Source: a virus | DNA length: 14,510 nucleotides | Virus genome (UHGV): UHGV-0176603 | Direction: 5' to 3' (one strand) | Part shown: one piece after another, positions 1 through 7,565 of the stretch | Layout: every line of letters begins with the position of its first letter | Position numbering within the stretch: position 1 is the first letter of the stretch | Position numbers and translations under genes: made by a program | The notes under the pieces: generated by a model | Databases searched by the model: none | What the model saw: only the letters and a program-made list of their open reading frames with translations | What the model was told of the DNA's origin: nothing

Positions 1-16
1 CCCCGTCGCGGTTTCC

Positions 17-157
17 TTACTGCTTACACTGTAAGAACGCCGCAAACTCCGCTCCCCAGAAGCTCATCCGTATTTCACACAGCGAACCGTGCAGCATCCA
101 GATGATGAGGATTACCGTCACGCAGAACGTGATGGCCGTAAGCGATTTTTGCGACAT
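17..157 (-). CDS. Hok/Gef-family type I toxin (small membrane toxin, HokA-like), 46 aa
   Basis: Manual reverse-complement translation of 157->17 gives MSQKSLTAITFCVTVILIIWMLHGSLCEIRMSFWGAEFAAFLQCKQ*, with an N-terminal hydrophobic helix and the SLCE(I) motif plus a C-terminal Cys typical of Hok/Gef. ATG at 157 is preceded by AAAGGAG at about 7 nt spacing. Below the 60-aa cutoff, so absent from the ORF track. Confidence 0.65.
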   Translation of the reverse strand: MSQKSLTAITFCVTVILIIWMLHGSLCEIRMSFWGAEFAAFLQCKQ

Positions 158-186
158 AGCGCTTGCTCCTTTGTTGGAGAGGCGCT
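158..186 (-). promoter_or_regulatory. Imperfect hairpin in the hok-like 5' leader that buries the Shine-Dalgarno sequence
   Basis: Plus-strand AGCGC(158-162)...GCGCT(182-186) and CTCC(166-169)...GGAG(176-179) are inverted repeats; in the minus-strand mRNA the GGAG of the RBS lies in the stem immediately 5' of the ATG. Pairing judged by eye, not folded. Confidence 0.35.
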
Positions 187-346
187 AACCTATCACTTGC
201 TAGGTTGACGGGTTAGGGCCTCGGTTAAACAGAAATGTTTTCCGGGGCCTTTCCACATCCGGCCTTCGGGTATTCCCTCCGACCATCAGCCGAAAGGCAC
301 CCGCACGTAATCTATCGCTTTTTTGTTACTCCGGCAATTCTGCCTG

Positions 347-607
347 TTAATTCTGAGGTAAAGGCAAACTCATCTGATTGTTTCCCCTGTGTGAAGCTGG
401 CAGCTCATGCCACGGGATACCTTCTGATGAGTGAACGCCGGAGGCGTGTTTCGATGTGAATTTATGGAAAGCTTCCAGTGTTGAGAAGCATACGCCGCAT
501 TCCAGGTTGTTACACTGGTAATACTTTTGCCGCACGGTGTTTGAATCATTTTCCGGACGACTGGTGCGGATACGGGCAGATGCGCCACAAAGCGGACAAC
601 GGAACAT
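347..607 (-). CDS. ogr: Ogr/Delta-family zinc-finger late transcription activator
   Basis: 86-aa ORF starting MFRCPLCGASARIRTSR...YYQCNNLECG, matching the P2 Ogr pattern MFHCPLC...ARTSR...YHQC..C (CxxC...CxxxxC zinc finger). Strong RBS AAAGGAGGT upstream of ATG at 607. Lies just downstream of D, as in P2. Confidence 0.8.
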   Translation of the reverse strand: MFRCPLCGASARIRTSRPENDSNTVRQKYYQCNNLECGVCFSTLEAFHKFTSKHASGVHSSEGIPWHELPASHRGNNQMSLPLPQN

Positions 608-649
608 AGCGACCTCCTTTAACGTGGTGCTGCCGCTATTCTAAGTTGC

Positions 650-1759
650 TCACTCTGTTTCCGCTATCCATTCTGGGATTTTTGCTTCAAGCTCAAGCTG
701 CGTGGTAAAGCCGCTGTTATCAATGGTGTGCTCGGCTTTTGCAATAATCCAGTCCTGATTGTCGATGTCATTTTTGAAGCCTGTCACCGTGCCATGCATT
801 TCGGGATAGAGTTCTGCACGTCCACGCGCCAGCGTGATGGAGAATGATGCGGCTCCGCGTTGTAGTTGCTGCCACTTTGCCGCCGCTGCGCGTCTTGCTG
901 CCTGCTCGTTCTGATAAGTCTTGCGTAACACAAACACATTGCCTTCCGCGCCTTCCATATAATCACCTTCACGGCTGCTGCTTTTCTCCTTTTTGGGTTT
1001 TGGCGGTTTACGGCGTTTCACGCTGACTTTTTTCTTTTTCCCGTAATTAAGATCAAGCCAGTAGGCGCGTACCCCCGTATACGCCTCGCGGTCAGCAATA
1101 CGGAACTGATGGCGATCGCCGCTGCTGCGTGTAATGGCGAACGAGGGCAACGGCTGGCCCTGTGCGTTCACGCCACCACCTGGCATGATGAATAACAGAT
1201 TGCCGCTTTTTACCGTGGTGATTGCGCCCAGCATTTCCGCCATGCGCGTAAGGAAGGACATGTCGCTTTCTTCGGTCTGGTCGGCGTGGTCGATTTCGAT
1301 ATCCATCAGCATTTCGCTGATTTGCGGTTTCAGACCATACCGATGAGCGATGGCGGATACCACACGCTCAACGGTCACATCATGCCAGGACACCTCACGT
1401 TTAACGTTAAATTCATCCCGAAAATCTGCGCTTCTGGCTGAAACAGTCAGCCTGTCCGGCGGTCCTTCGTGAGCGATTTCATCAACAATGTAAGTGCCTT
1501 TTTCTGTCAGCGGTTCTCCCTTCCAGCCAATGAGAACCGTCAGGCGCGCGCCCCGTGGCGGTAGCTGCAACTGACCATCCGCATCATCCAGCGTGATGGT
1601 GAGCTGGTCCGCCTCAAATCCCCGGTTGTCGGTCAGCGACAGGCTCATCAGGCGCTCTGCCACGCCGGACAGCGTTTTACCCTCCGCGAGAATATCAAAA
1701 TCCGGCATTTTCACGGTGTCTGTGCCCTGACTGAGCAATTGCATGGTGGTGTCGGTCAT
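650..1759 (-). CDS. D: Tail protein D (P2 gpD-like late control/tail protein)
   Basis: ORF-track frame 650..1891; start reassigned to the ATG at 1759 (MTDTTMQLLSQG...), which has a GGGAGGG RBS about 6 nt upstream, giving 369 aa (P2 gpD is about 387 aa from memory). Position next to ogr matches P2. Confidence 0.85.
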   Translation of the reverse strand: MTDTTMQLLSQGTDTVKMPDFDILAEGKTLSGVAERLMSLSLTDNRGFEADQLTITLDDADGQLQLPPRGARLTVLIGWKGEPLTEKGTYIVDEIAHEGPPDRLTVSARSADFRDEFNVKREVSWHDVTVERVVSAIAHRYGLKPQISEMLMDIEIDHADQTEESDMSFLTRMAEMLGAITTVKSGNLLFIMPGGGVNAQGQPLPSFAITRSSGDRHQFRIADREAYTGVRAYWLDLNYGKKKKVSVKRRKPPKPKKEKSSSREGDYMEGAEGNVFVLRKTYQNEQAARRAAAAKWQQLQRGAASFSITLARGRAELYPEMHGTVTGFKNDIDNQDWIIAKAEHTIDNSGFTTQLELEAKIPEWIAETE

Positions 1760-1916
1760 CTGTTCCCTCCCTGTGCGGCATGGTCGCATGTGCGTGCGGA
1801 GTGGGTTACTGCTTTTTGTTGTCGCCGTGGCGGGAGAATAGCGCAGGGGTGAGATTACGCGCGTGGTGGGTGATGATTGTTGCTGAATCATTTAACGGAT
1901 ACAAGGGGCTGAAGCT
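1760..1916. promoter_or_regulatory. Divergent intergenic region between D (minus) and FI (plus); presumed to hold promoters for both
   Basis: 157-bp non-coding gap between two divergently oriented genes, each with its own RBS. Promoter elements are not confidently identifiable by eye. Confidence 0.3.
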
Positions 1917-3101
1917 ATGAGTGAAACTCGTTTTCATGGTGCCCGTGTTACGGAAAGTACCGACCTGGTAACAGCGATTAATGATGTTGATTCCAGCGTT
2001 ATCGGTATCGTGGCAACGGCGGATGATGCGGACGCGAAGCTGTTCCCGCTGAACAAGCCCACACTGCTGACCCGCGTCAATGACGTGCTGGGAAAATGCG
2101 GGACAACGGGGACGCTTTATCGTGCGCTTAAGGCCATCGCAGACCAGGTGAGCACAAAGGTGATCGTCGTTCGCGTGGCTGAACACAAAGAAGAAGACGG
2201 AAAGACGCAGGATCAACTGGTTATCGGTGGTTCTGAGGATGACGGCAGCTATACGGGGATGTATGCGCTGCTTGTTGCAGAGCAGGATGAAAGCATCGGA
2301 TACCGTCCGCGTATTCTGGCCGCGCCGGAGCTGGACACGGAGGCGGTAACAAAATCCCTGTGCGTGATTGCGGGTAAACTGCGCGCGTTTGTGTATGCCT
2401 CATGTCACGGCTGTAACACGATGGCTGAGGCGATTACCTACCGCCAGAAATTCAACGAACGTGAGGTGATGCTCTTATGGCCGGACTTCATCGCCTACAA
2501 CCCGAAAAGTGGCAAAAACGAAACGTTCCCCGCGCCTGCCTATGCGTGCGGCCTTCGTGCGTACATTGACCATGAACAGGGATGGCACAAATCGCTGTCC
2601 AACGTTCCGGTTAAAAATGTGCTGGGGATGTCCCGACATGTGTTCTGGTCGTTGCAGGCCGAAGACAGTGATGCCAACAGCCTCAACAACAAAGAAATCA
2701 CGACCATTATTCGTCGCAACGGGTTCCGCTTCTGGGGCAACCGCACACCGGAAACGAACGCCTACATCTTTGAGGTGTATACCCGAACCGCACAGGTGCT
2801 GGCTGATTCAATTGCGGAAGCGCAGTTTGAAACCATCGACAGTCCACTGACGCCTGCGAACGTGAAGGATGTTATCAGCGCCATCAGGGCAAAACTGGAT
2901 TCGCTGGTTACTGCCGGGAAACTGATTGGGGCGTCGTGCTGGTATGACATTGTGGATAACAGTACCACGGAATTGCGACAGGGGCGTGTGCGTATTCGCT
3001 ACAAATATACGCCCGTTCCTCCGCTGGAAGATATGGAGCTTTACCAGACGTTTACTGATGAATACTTTGATCCCGCATTTGCGGTGCTGGGAGGTGTCTG
3101 A
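1917..3101 (+). CDS. FI: Contractile tail sheath protein (P2 gpFI-like)
   Basis: 394-aa ORF (P2 FI is about 396 aa from memory) with conserved sheath motifs (KLRAF.Y, WPDF.A, GWHK.LSNV, IRR.GFRFWGNRT, YTRTAQV, YDYTPVPPLE). RBS AAGGGG 8 nt upstream of ATG. Confidence 0.9.
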   Translation: MSETRFHGARVTESTDLVTAINDVDSSVIGIVATADDADAKLFPLNKPTLLTRVNDVLGKCGTTGTLYRALKAIADQVSTKVIVVRVAEHKEEDGKTQDQLVIGGSEDDGSYTGMYALLVAEQDESIGYRPRILAAPELDTEAVTKSLCVIAGKLRAFVYASCHGCNTMAEAITYRQKFNEREVMLLWPDFIAYNPKSGKNETFPAPAYACGLRAYIDHEQGWHKSLSNVPVKNVLGMSRHVFWSLQAEDSDANSLNNKEITTIIRRNGFRFWGNRTPETNAYIFEVYTRTAQVLADSIAEAQFETIDSPLTPANVKDVISAIRAKLDSLVTAGKLIGASCWYDIVDNSTTELRQGRVRIRYKYTPVPPLEDMELYQTFTDEYFDPAFAVLGGV

Positions 3102-3613
3102 TGGCTGTACCAAAACATCTTCGCTTTTTTACGTTGTTTGTGGATGGTGAAAACGAAGTGGGCAAAGTGACATCCGTCACTCTGCCCAAACTGACGCGCA
3201 AAACCGACAGCTACCGGGGGGGCGGCATGATGGGTGCGGTAAGTATTGATCTCGGTCTGGACGACTCCGCGCTTGATGCGAGCTTTGTCATGGGGGGCGC
3301 AGTTCGTGAGCTGTTCCTTAAGTATGGCGGCACGATTGACGGCACGCTGCTGCGTTTTGCGGGTGAATACTACACCGATGCAGAAAGCGACCTGTATGAA
3401 GTCGAAATGCGCGGACGTGTGACGGAAATTGATATGGGGGAAGCCAAACAGGGCGAAGCCACATCACACACTTACGCCATTAAAAACACCTACTACAAGC
3501 TGAGTGTTAACGATCGCCCGTTGTGGGAGATTGACCTGCTGAACTTCATTTACCGGAAGGACGGCAAGGACATTGTGCCCGATCGCATCCGTTCCGCGCT
3601 TGGGCTTGGCTGA
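3101..3613 (+). CDS. FII: Tail tube protein (P2 gpFII-like)
   Basis: 170-aa ORF (P2 FII is about 172 aa from memory) whose ATG overlaps the FI stop (ATGA-type coupling); canonical position after the sheath gene. Confidence 0.88.
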   Translation: MAVPKHLRFFTLFVDGENEVGKVTSVTLPKLTRKTDSYRGGGMMGAVSIDLGLDDSALDASFVMGGAVRELFLKYGGTIDGTLLRFAGEYYTDAESDLYEVEMRGRVTEIDMGEAKQGEATSHTYAIKNTYYKLSVNDRPLWEIDLLNFIYRKDGKDIVPDRIRSALGLG

Positions 3614-3626
3614 TAAGTAATATGCA

Positions 3627-3645
3627 GGCGGCGCAGTGCGTCGCC
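3627..3645 (+). other. Stem-loop in the FII-E intergenic spacer (no U-tract)
   Basis: GGCGGCG-CAGTG-CGTCGCC: 7-bp stem (one G.U) with a 5-nt loop, followed by the E RBS AAAGGAG rather than a T-run. Confidence 0.25.
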
Positions 3646-3667
3646 TCTGACTGAAAGGAGTTTCCTG

Positions 3668-4033
3668 ATGAAAGAGACGAAAAACATCGATACCGAAAAC
3701 ACGGTAGTTACTGACACTGTGAAAGAAACCAGTGAGCGTGGCGTAAAACTTACCCAACCAATTGAGCGAAGCGGCGAAAAAATCACGTATGTGGAGATCA
3801 CCGGGGCTATTGAGCAGGCTGGATCTCTGCGAGATTTGTCGCTGTCTGATGTGCTGAGTCTGAAAGCGGAATCCATGTTTACGCTGCTGTCACGCGTGAC
3901 ATCACCGCGACTGGATGAAGTGACGATCAAAAAAATGGCATCCCGTGACTTTATTCAGTTATGTGTGGTTGCCGTAAATTTTTTGAGCGGTGCGGACTCT
4001 GGCGGGAAGAACGAACAGGCGACGGAAGCCTGA
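3668..4033 (+). CDS. E: Tail assembly chaperone E (P2 gpE-like)
   Basis: 121-aa ORF directly after the tube gene and before the tape measure; RBS AAAGGAG 7 nt upstream; contains the slippery site for E'. Confidence 0.85.
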   Translation: MKETKNIDTENTVVTDTVKETSERGVKLTQPIERSGEKITYVEITGAIEQAGSLRDLSLSDVLSLKAESMFTLLSRVTSPRLDEVTIKKMASRDFIQLCVVAVNFLSGADSGGKNEQATEA

Positions 4034-4197
4034 TCACGGTTGTGTGCTTTGAGCACATAGAAGACTTTGTGGCAGATATTGCCGTTATTTTTAACTGGTC
4101 GCCCGCCGAAATCTTCATGATGACGCCCGGCGAAGTGGTTAGCTGGCGTGAGCGGGCGGCACTTCGCAGCGGGAATGCAGACAATGAAGACTCTTGA
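3668..4197 (+). CDS. E': E' (E+E' fusion made by a -1 programmed ribosomal frameshift)
   Basis: At the slippery heptamer T TTT TTG (3979-3985) a -1 shift moves from the E frame into the 3961..4197 ORF frame, which then reads ERCGLWREERTGDG...NEDS*. Same layout as P2 E/E' and lambda G/GT. Confidence 0.7.
3979..3985 (+). promoter_or_regulatory. -1 frameshift slippery heptamer TTTTTTG
   Basis: Six T then G, positioned in the E zero frame as aaT TTT TTG; the -1 frame opens into the E' extension ORF. Confidence 0.7.
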
Positions 4198-6991
4198 TAT
4201 CCGGGTCGCTTTCAGCGCCGTTGACAGGCTGACCCGACCTGCCGAAAACGCACGCCGCCTGATGGGGCAGTTTGGTGACTCCATCCAGCGAACGCAGGGG
4301 GCGATCAAAAATCTCGAGCGTCAGGCGCGTTCATTTGAGCGCGCCCGCGACGCTGTCAGTAAAGCGGATGCGGGTATCGTGAAAGCACGACGCCAGCTTA
4401 ACGCCCTTAATCAGTTACAACGCACGGGTACAGTGCTCAGCGAAAAACAACAAAAGCTGATGCAGCAGTTAAGCACCCGGCTTGAACGCCTGAATGAATC
4501 GCGCACACGGGAAATTCAGAAAATGCGGGAGCTTGGAGGAGAGCTGAAACGCCACGGCATTTCCCTGACAGGCAGCGATAACACCATCCAGCAGGCCATC
4601 AGACGCACCGAACAGTACAACAACCAGCTTGAACGCGAACGGCAGGCGCTTGCGCGTGTAACGCGGGCGCGTGAGCGGTATTCGCGCGCGCAGGAAACCG
4701 CGGGAAAACTGAAAACAGGTGGTGCGCTGGCAATTGGTGCGGCAGCGGCGGGCGGCTATGCTGCCGGGCGTTTTTTGCAGCCTGCGATCGGGTTCGGGAA
4801 AGAGATGTCCCGCGTTCAGGCGCTGACGCGAATCGACCAGAACAGCCCACAGTTTAAGGCGCTGCGTGAGCAGGCGTTAAAACTTGGATCTGAAACGCAG
4901 TTCACCGCTGGAGATGCCGCCAGTGGACAGGCATTTCTTGCAATGGCTGGCTTCACACCACAGGCCATTCAGGCTGCGCTTCCCGGCGTGCTGAGCATGG
5001 CAACGGCTGGCGGTATGGATCTCGGCGAGACGGCGGATATTGGCTCAAACATCCTGACGCAGTTCGGCCTTTCTGCTGACCAGATGGACCGGGTCGGTGA
5101 CACGCTCACCGCAGCGTTTACCCGTACCAACACTGACCTTCGCGCACTGGGCGAAACCATGAAATATGCAGGTCCGGTGGCGGGTAAGCTGGGAATATCG
5201 CTGGAGCAGGCCGCAGCGATGGCGGGCGTGCTGGCGAATATGGGTATCAGGGGAAGTGATGCCGGGACGGCAATGCGTGCCAGCCTGGCTCGTCTGGCAT
5301 CACCACCAAAGGCGGCGGCAGAAGCTCTGAAAGAGCTGGGCGTGTCCGTCTCGGATGCCGGGGGCAAAATGCGCCCGATGGAGGATTTGCTGGCCGACCT
5401 TTATAAAGCCACCCGCAAATACGGGGAAGTTGACCGGGTATCGTTCTTTAAGGACATCGCCGGGGAAGAGGCTTTCACATCGTTTATGGCCCTCGTTGAT
5501 GCGGCAGGTGACGGCTCCTTACCCAAACTGAGAAAAGAACTTGAAGGCGCACGCGGTGAGGCTGAACGCACGGCAAAGGTTATGGCCAATAACCTTGATG
5601 GCGACCTGAAATCACTCGGCAGTGCATGGGAAGGGTTGCGCATCCGCATTGCAGATCTGATTGACGGCCCGCTGCGTTCTGTCACGCAGTGGCTCACGCG
5701 GGTGGTATCAAGGGTGACGGCGCTGGCGCAGGCCCATCCGGTACTGACGCGCCAGCTACTGATAGCAGGCGGTGCGCTGCTGGCAATGACTGCAACGGTT
5801 GGCTCGTTGTCGCTGGTTATTGGTGTGCTTCACGGGAAACTGGCCACGTTACGTCTTGGTTTTTCTCTCCTGACCGGATCAATGAATGTCGTCAGGGTGC
5901 TGCCAGCACTATGGGGAATGGTGACGGGTTCCGTTTCTTTACTGGGAGGCGCTATCGGGGCGCTGTTCAGTCCGGTCGGGTTGATTGCTGCAGCGTTTGT
6001 CGCTGCGGCGGTTCTCATCTGGAAATACTGGGAACCCATCAAGGCGTTTTATGCCGGGGTGTTCAGCGGGATTATGGAAAGACTGACCCCGTTGCGTGAA
6101 ACCTTTGAACGGTTTGGCCCTGTTTTTGACGCAATCGGAAGCGGGATCAGCCAGGTGTTTAACTGGTTTAAATCGCTGCTGTCACCGATGGAGTCCAGCA
6201 AGGAAACGCTGGATAAATGTACCAGTGCTGGCGAGATATTCGGTAATGTTCTTGGCGGTGCGTTACAACTTGTTCTGACGCCTGCAAAAATGCTACTGGA
6301 TACGCTGGCGTGGATACTTGAAAAACTTGGCGTCCTTCCGGATGAAGCGGAAAGGGCGCGCAAGAAAATCGAAGACGCACAGCGTGCGGCCATTCTTCAG
6401 GACAAGGTTGCTCTGTTTCAGGGAGACATTGCGAAAATCAATCCGCCGAAGTCTGCGGAAAATGGCAATGGCACCGGAGGCGATAAACCCAAAGACAACA
6501 AACCGCTCACAGACAGCAATACCGGTACGCTGCGCAGACTCAGCAAAATTGCTGATAACACAGGTAAGCTGGTTGAGGAGACGAAAAAACGCATTGGCCC
6601 CGGCGATATTGTCTTTAAAAACCTGCCCCGAGCACTTGCTGTTCGTGGGGAGTGGCAGGAGCGGAAGATTGCGCAGGTCAGTAAGCCTGCCCCCGCAATT
6701 AATATCACACCCGTGGTCCCGGCTCCGCTGCCTCCGGCGCTGGTCCCTGTTGTTGCGGCCAGCTCCCGCCCGGTGGCGGAGGCTATACGATCTCCAGTGG
6801 CATCAGTTCCTGTAACTTCCCGTAACCAGGAGCCTGTTGCCTCCGGATTTGGCGGTGAAATTCATGTTCATCTGCATAACGTTGTTACACAGAATCCCCG
6901 CGAACTGGCGAAACTGGTCGGTGAAATGGTCAGGGCAGAAATGGAACGGCGCGCCCGTGCCGGGCGTGGCAGTTTTTACGATAAAGATTGA
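4175..6991 (+). CDS. T: Tail tape measure protein (P2 gpT-like)
   Basis: Very long ORF (947 codons in the track from a GTG at 4148; first ATGs at 4175 and 4184) with a coiled-coil-like N-terminus, a central Gly/Ala-rich hydrophobic stretch and a Pro/Ala-rich C-terminus. Start codon uncertain. Confidence 0.85.
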   Translation: MQTMKTLDIRVAFSAVDRLTRPAENARRLMGQFGDSIQRTQGAIKNLERQARSFERARDAVSKADAGIVKARRQLNALNQLQRTGTVLSEKQQKLMQQLSTRLERLNESRTREIQKMRELGGELKRHGISLTGSDNTIQQAIRRTEQYNNQLERERQALARVTRARERYSRAQETAGKLKTGGALAIGAAAAGGYAAGRFLQPAIGFGKEMSRVQALTRIDQNSPQFKALREQALKLGSETQFTAGDAASGQAFLAMAGFTPQAIQAALPGVLSMATAGGMDLGETADIGSNILTQFGLSADQMDRVGDTLTAAFTRTNTDLRALGETMKYAGPVAGKLGISLEQAAAMAGVLANMGIRGSDAGTAMRASLARLASPPKAAAEALKELGVSVSDAGGKMRPMEDLLADLYKATRKYGEVDRVSFFKDIAGEEAFTSFMALVDAAGDGSLPKLRKELEGARGEAERTAKVMANNLDGDLKSLGSAWEGLRIRIADLIDGPLRSVTQWLTRVVSRVTALAQAHPVLTRQLLIAGGALLAMTATVGSLSLVIGVLHGKLATLRLGFSLLTGSMNVVRVLPALWGMVTGSVSLLGGAIGALFSPVGLIAAAFVAAAVLIWKYWEPIKAFYAGVFSGIMERLTPLRETFERFGPVFDAIGSGISQVFNWFKSLLSPMESSKETLDKCTSAGEIFGNVLGGALQLVLTPAKMLLDTLAWILEKLGVLPDEAERARKKIEDAQRAAILQDKVALFQGDIAKINPPKSAENGNGTGGDKPKDNKPLTDSNTGTLRRLSKIADNTGKLVEETKKRIGPGDIVFKNLPRALAVRGEWQERKIAQVSKPAPAINITPVVPAPLPPALVPVVAASSRPVAEAIRSPVASVPVTSRNQEPVASGFGGEIHVHLHNVVTQNPRELAKLVGEMVRAEMERRARAGRGSFYDKD

Positions 6992-6997
6992 GGAGTC

Positions 6998-7492
6998 ATG
7001 ACCATGATGATGATCTACGGCATGTTTGTTTTTGAGCTGCGTACATTGCCGCATCAGCAGTTACAGCAAAACAAAAGCTGGCGGCATGTGAAAAATGAAC
7101 GCGTTAACCGTTCAGCAAGCTGGCAGTATATCGGCGCAGGTGATGATCGCATTGTTCTTTCCGGCGTGCTTTATCCTGAAATTACAGGTGGCGAAGTGTC
7201 GCTGTCGCTGCTGACCACGCAGGCGTATACAGGACGCCCCTGGCCTCTGATTGATGGCGTCGGGCAGATTTACGGCATGTATGTCCTGACCGAAACGAGT
7301 ACAAACCGCTCTGAGTTTGATCGCTACGGTAAGGCGAAAAAGATAGAATTTTCACTGACCCTTGAACGCTGTGATGAGGATTTACGGGAGCGCCTGCAAT
7401 CCTCATCGTTCAGCGATATGCTGTCCGGCTTCAAAGATAAGGTGACATCATCTCTTAACAGTGCGGTCAGTTCTGTTAATGGACTGTTCTGA
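6998..7492 (+). CDS. U: Tail protein U (P2 gpU-like)
   Basis: 164-aa ORF just after T, GAGGAG RBS upstream; start may be the ATG at 6998 or 7004. Size and position match P2 gpU. Confidence 0.8.
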   Translation: MTMMMIYGMFVFELRTLPHQQLQQNKSWRHVKNERVNRSASWQYIGAGDDRIVLSGVLYPEITGGEVSLSLLTTQAYTGRPWPLIDGVGQIYGMYVLTETSTNRSEFDRYGKAKKIEFSLTLERCDEDLRERLQSSSFSDMLSGFKDKVTSSLNSAVSSVNGLF

Positions 7493-7536
7493 TTTAACGC
7501 AAATCACAAATAGTTAGATAAACAGAAATAACGATA

Positions 7537-7565
7537 AGGCCCGATATTCGGGCCTTTCGTTTATT
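7537..7565. terminator. Bidirectional rho-independent terminator between convergent U and G
   Basis: GGCCCG (7538-7543), loop ATATT, CGGGCC (7549-7554), then TTTCGTTTATT on plus; the minus strand reads as the same hairpin followed by TTATCGTTATTT. Confidence 0.6.

Noticed and set aside
235-459. 74-aa plus-strand ORF
   Set aside because: It spans the ogr/hok spacer and runs antisense into ogr, with no RBS and no recognisable protein features.
370-588. 72-aa minus-strand ORF overlapping ogr in another frame
   Set aside because: The other frame encodes the recognisable Ogr zinc finger (MFRCPLC...) with a strong RBS; this is the alternative-frame shadow.
1806-2216. 136-aa minus-strand ORF, and the 5' extension of D up to 1891
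   Set aside because: It overlaps the 5' end of FI antisense. D most plausibly starts at the ATG at 1759 with its GGGAGGG RBS; the extended N-terminus has no support.
2509-3150. Overlapping ORFs within FI (2509..2850 +, 2540..2746 -, 2762..2968 -, 2808..3113 -, 2926..3150 +)
   Set aside because: Alternative-frame or antisense ORFs inside the well-supported tail sheath gene.
4599-6815. Several ORFs of 70-165 aa inside and antisense to T (4599..4850, 4969..5367, 5401..5697, 5689..6099, 6049..6393, 6318..6815)
   Set aside because: All are off-frame or antisense within the continuous tape-measure reading frame and look like GC-rich compositional artifacts.
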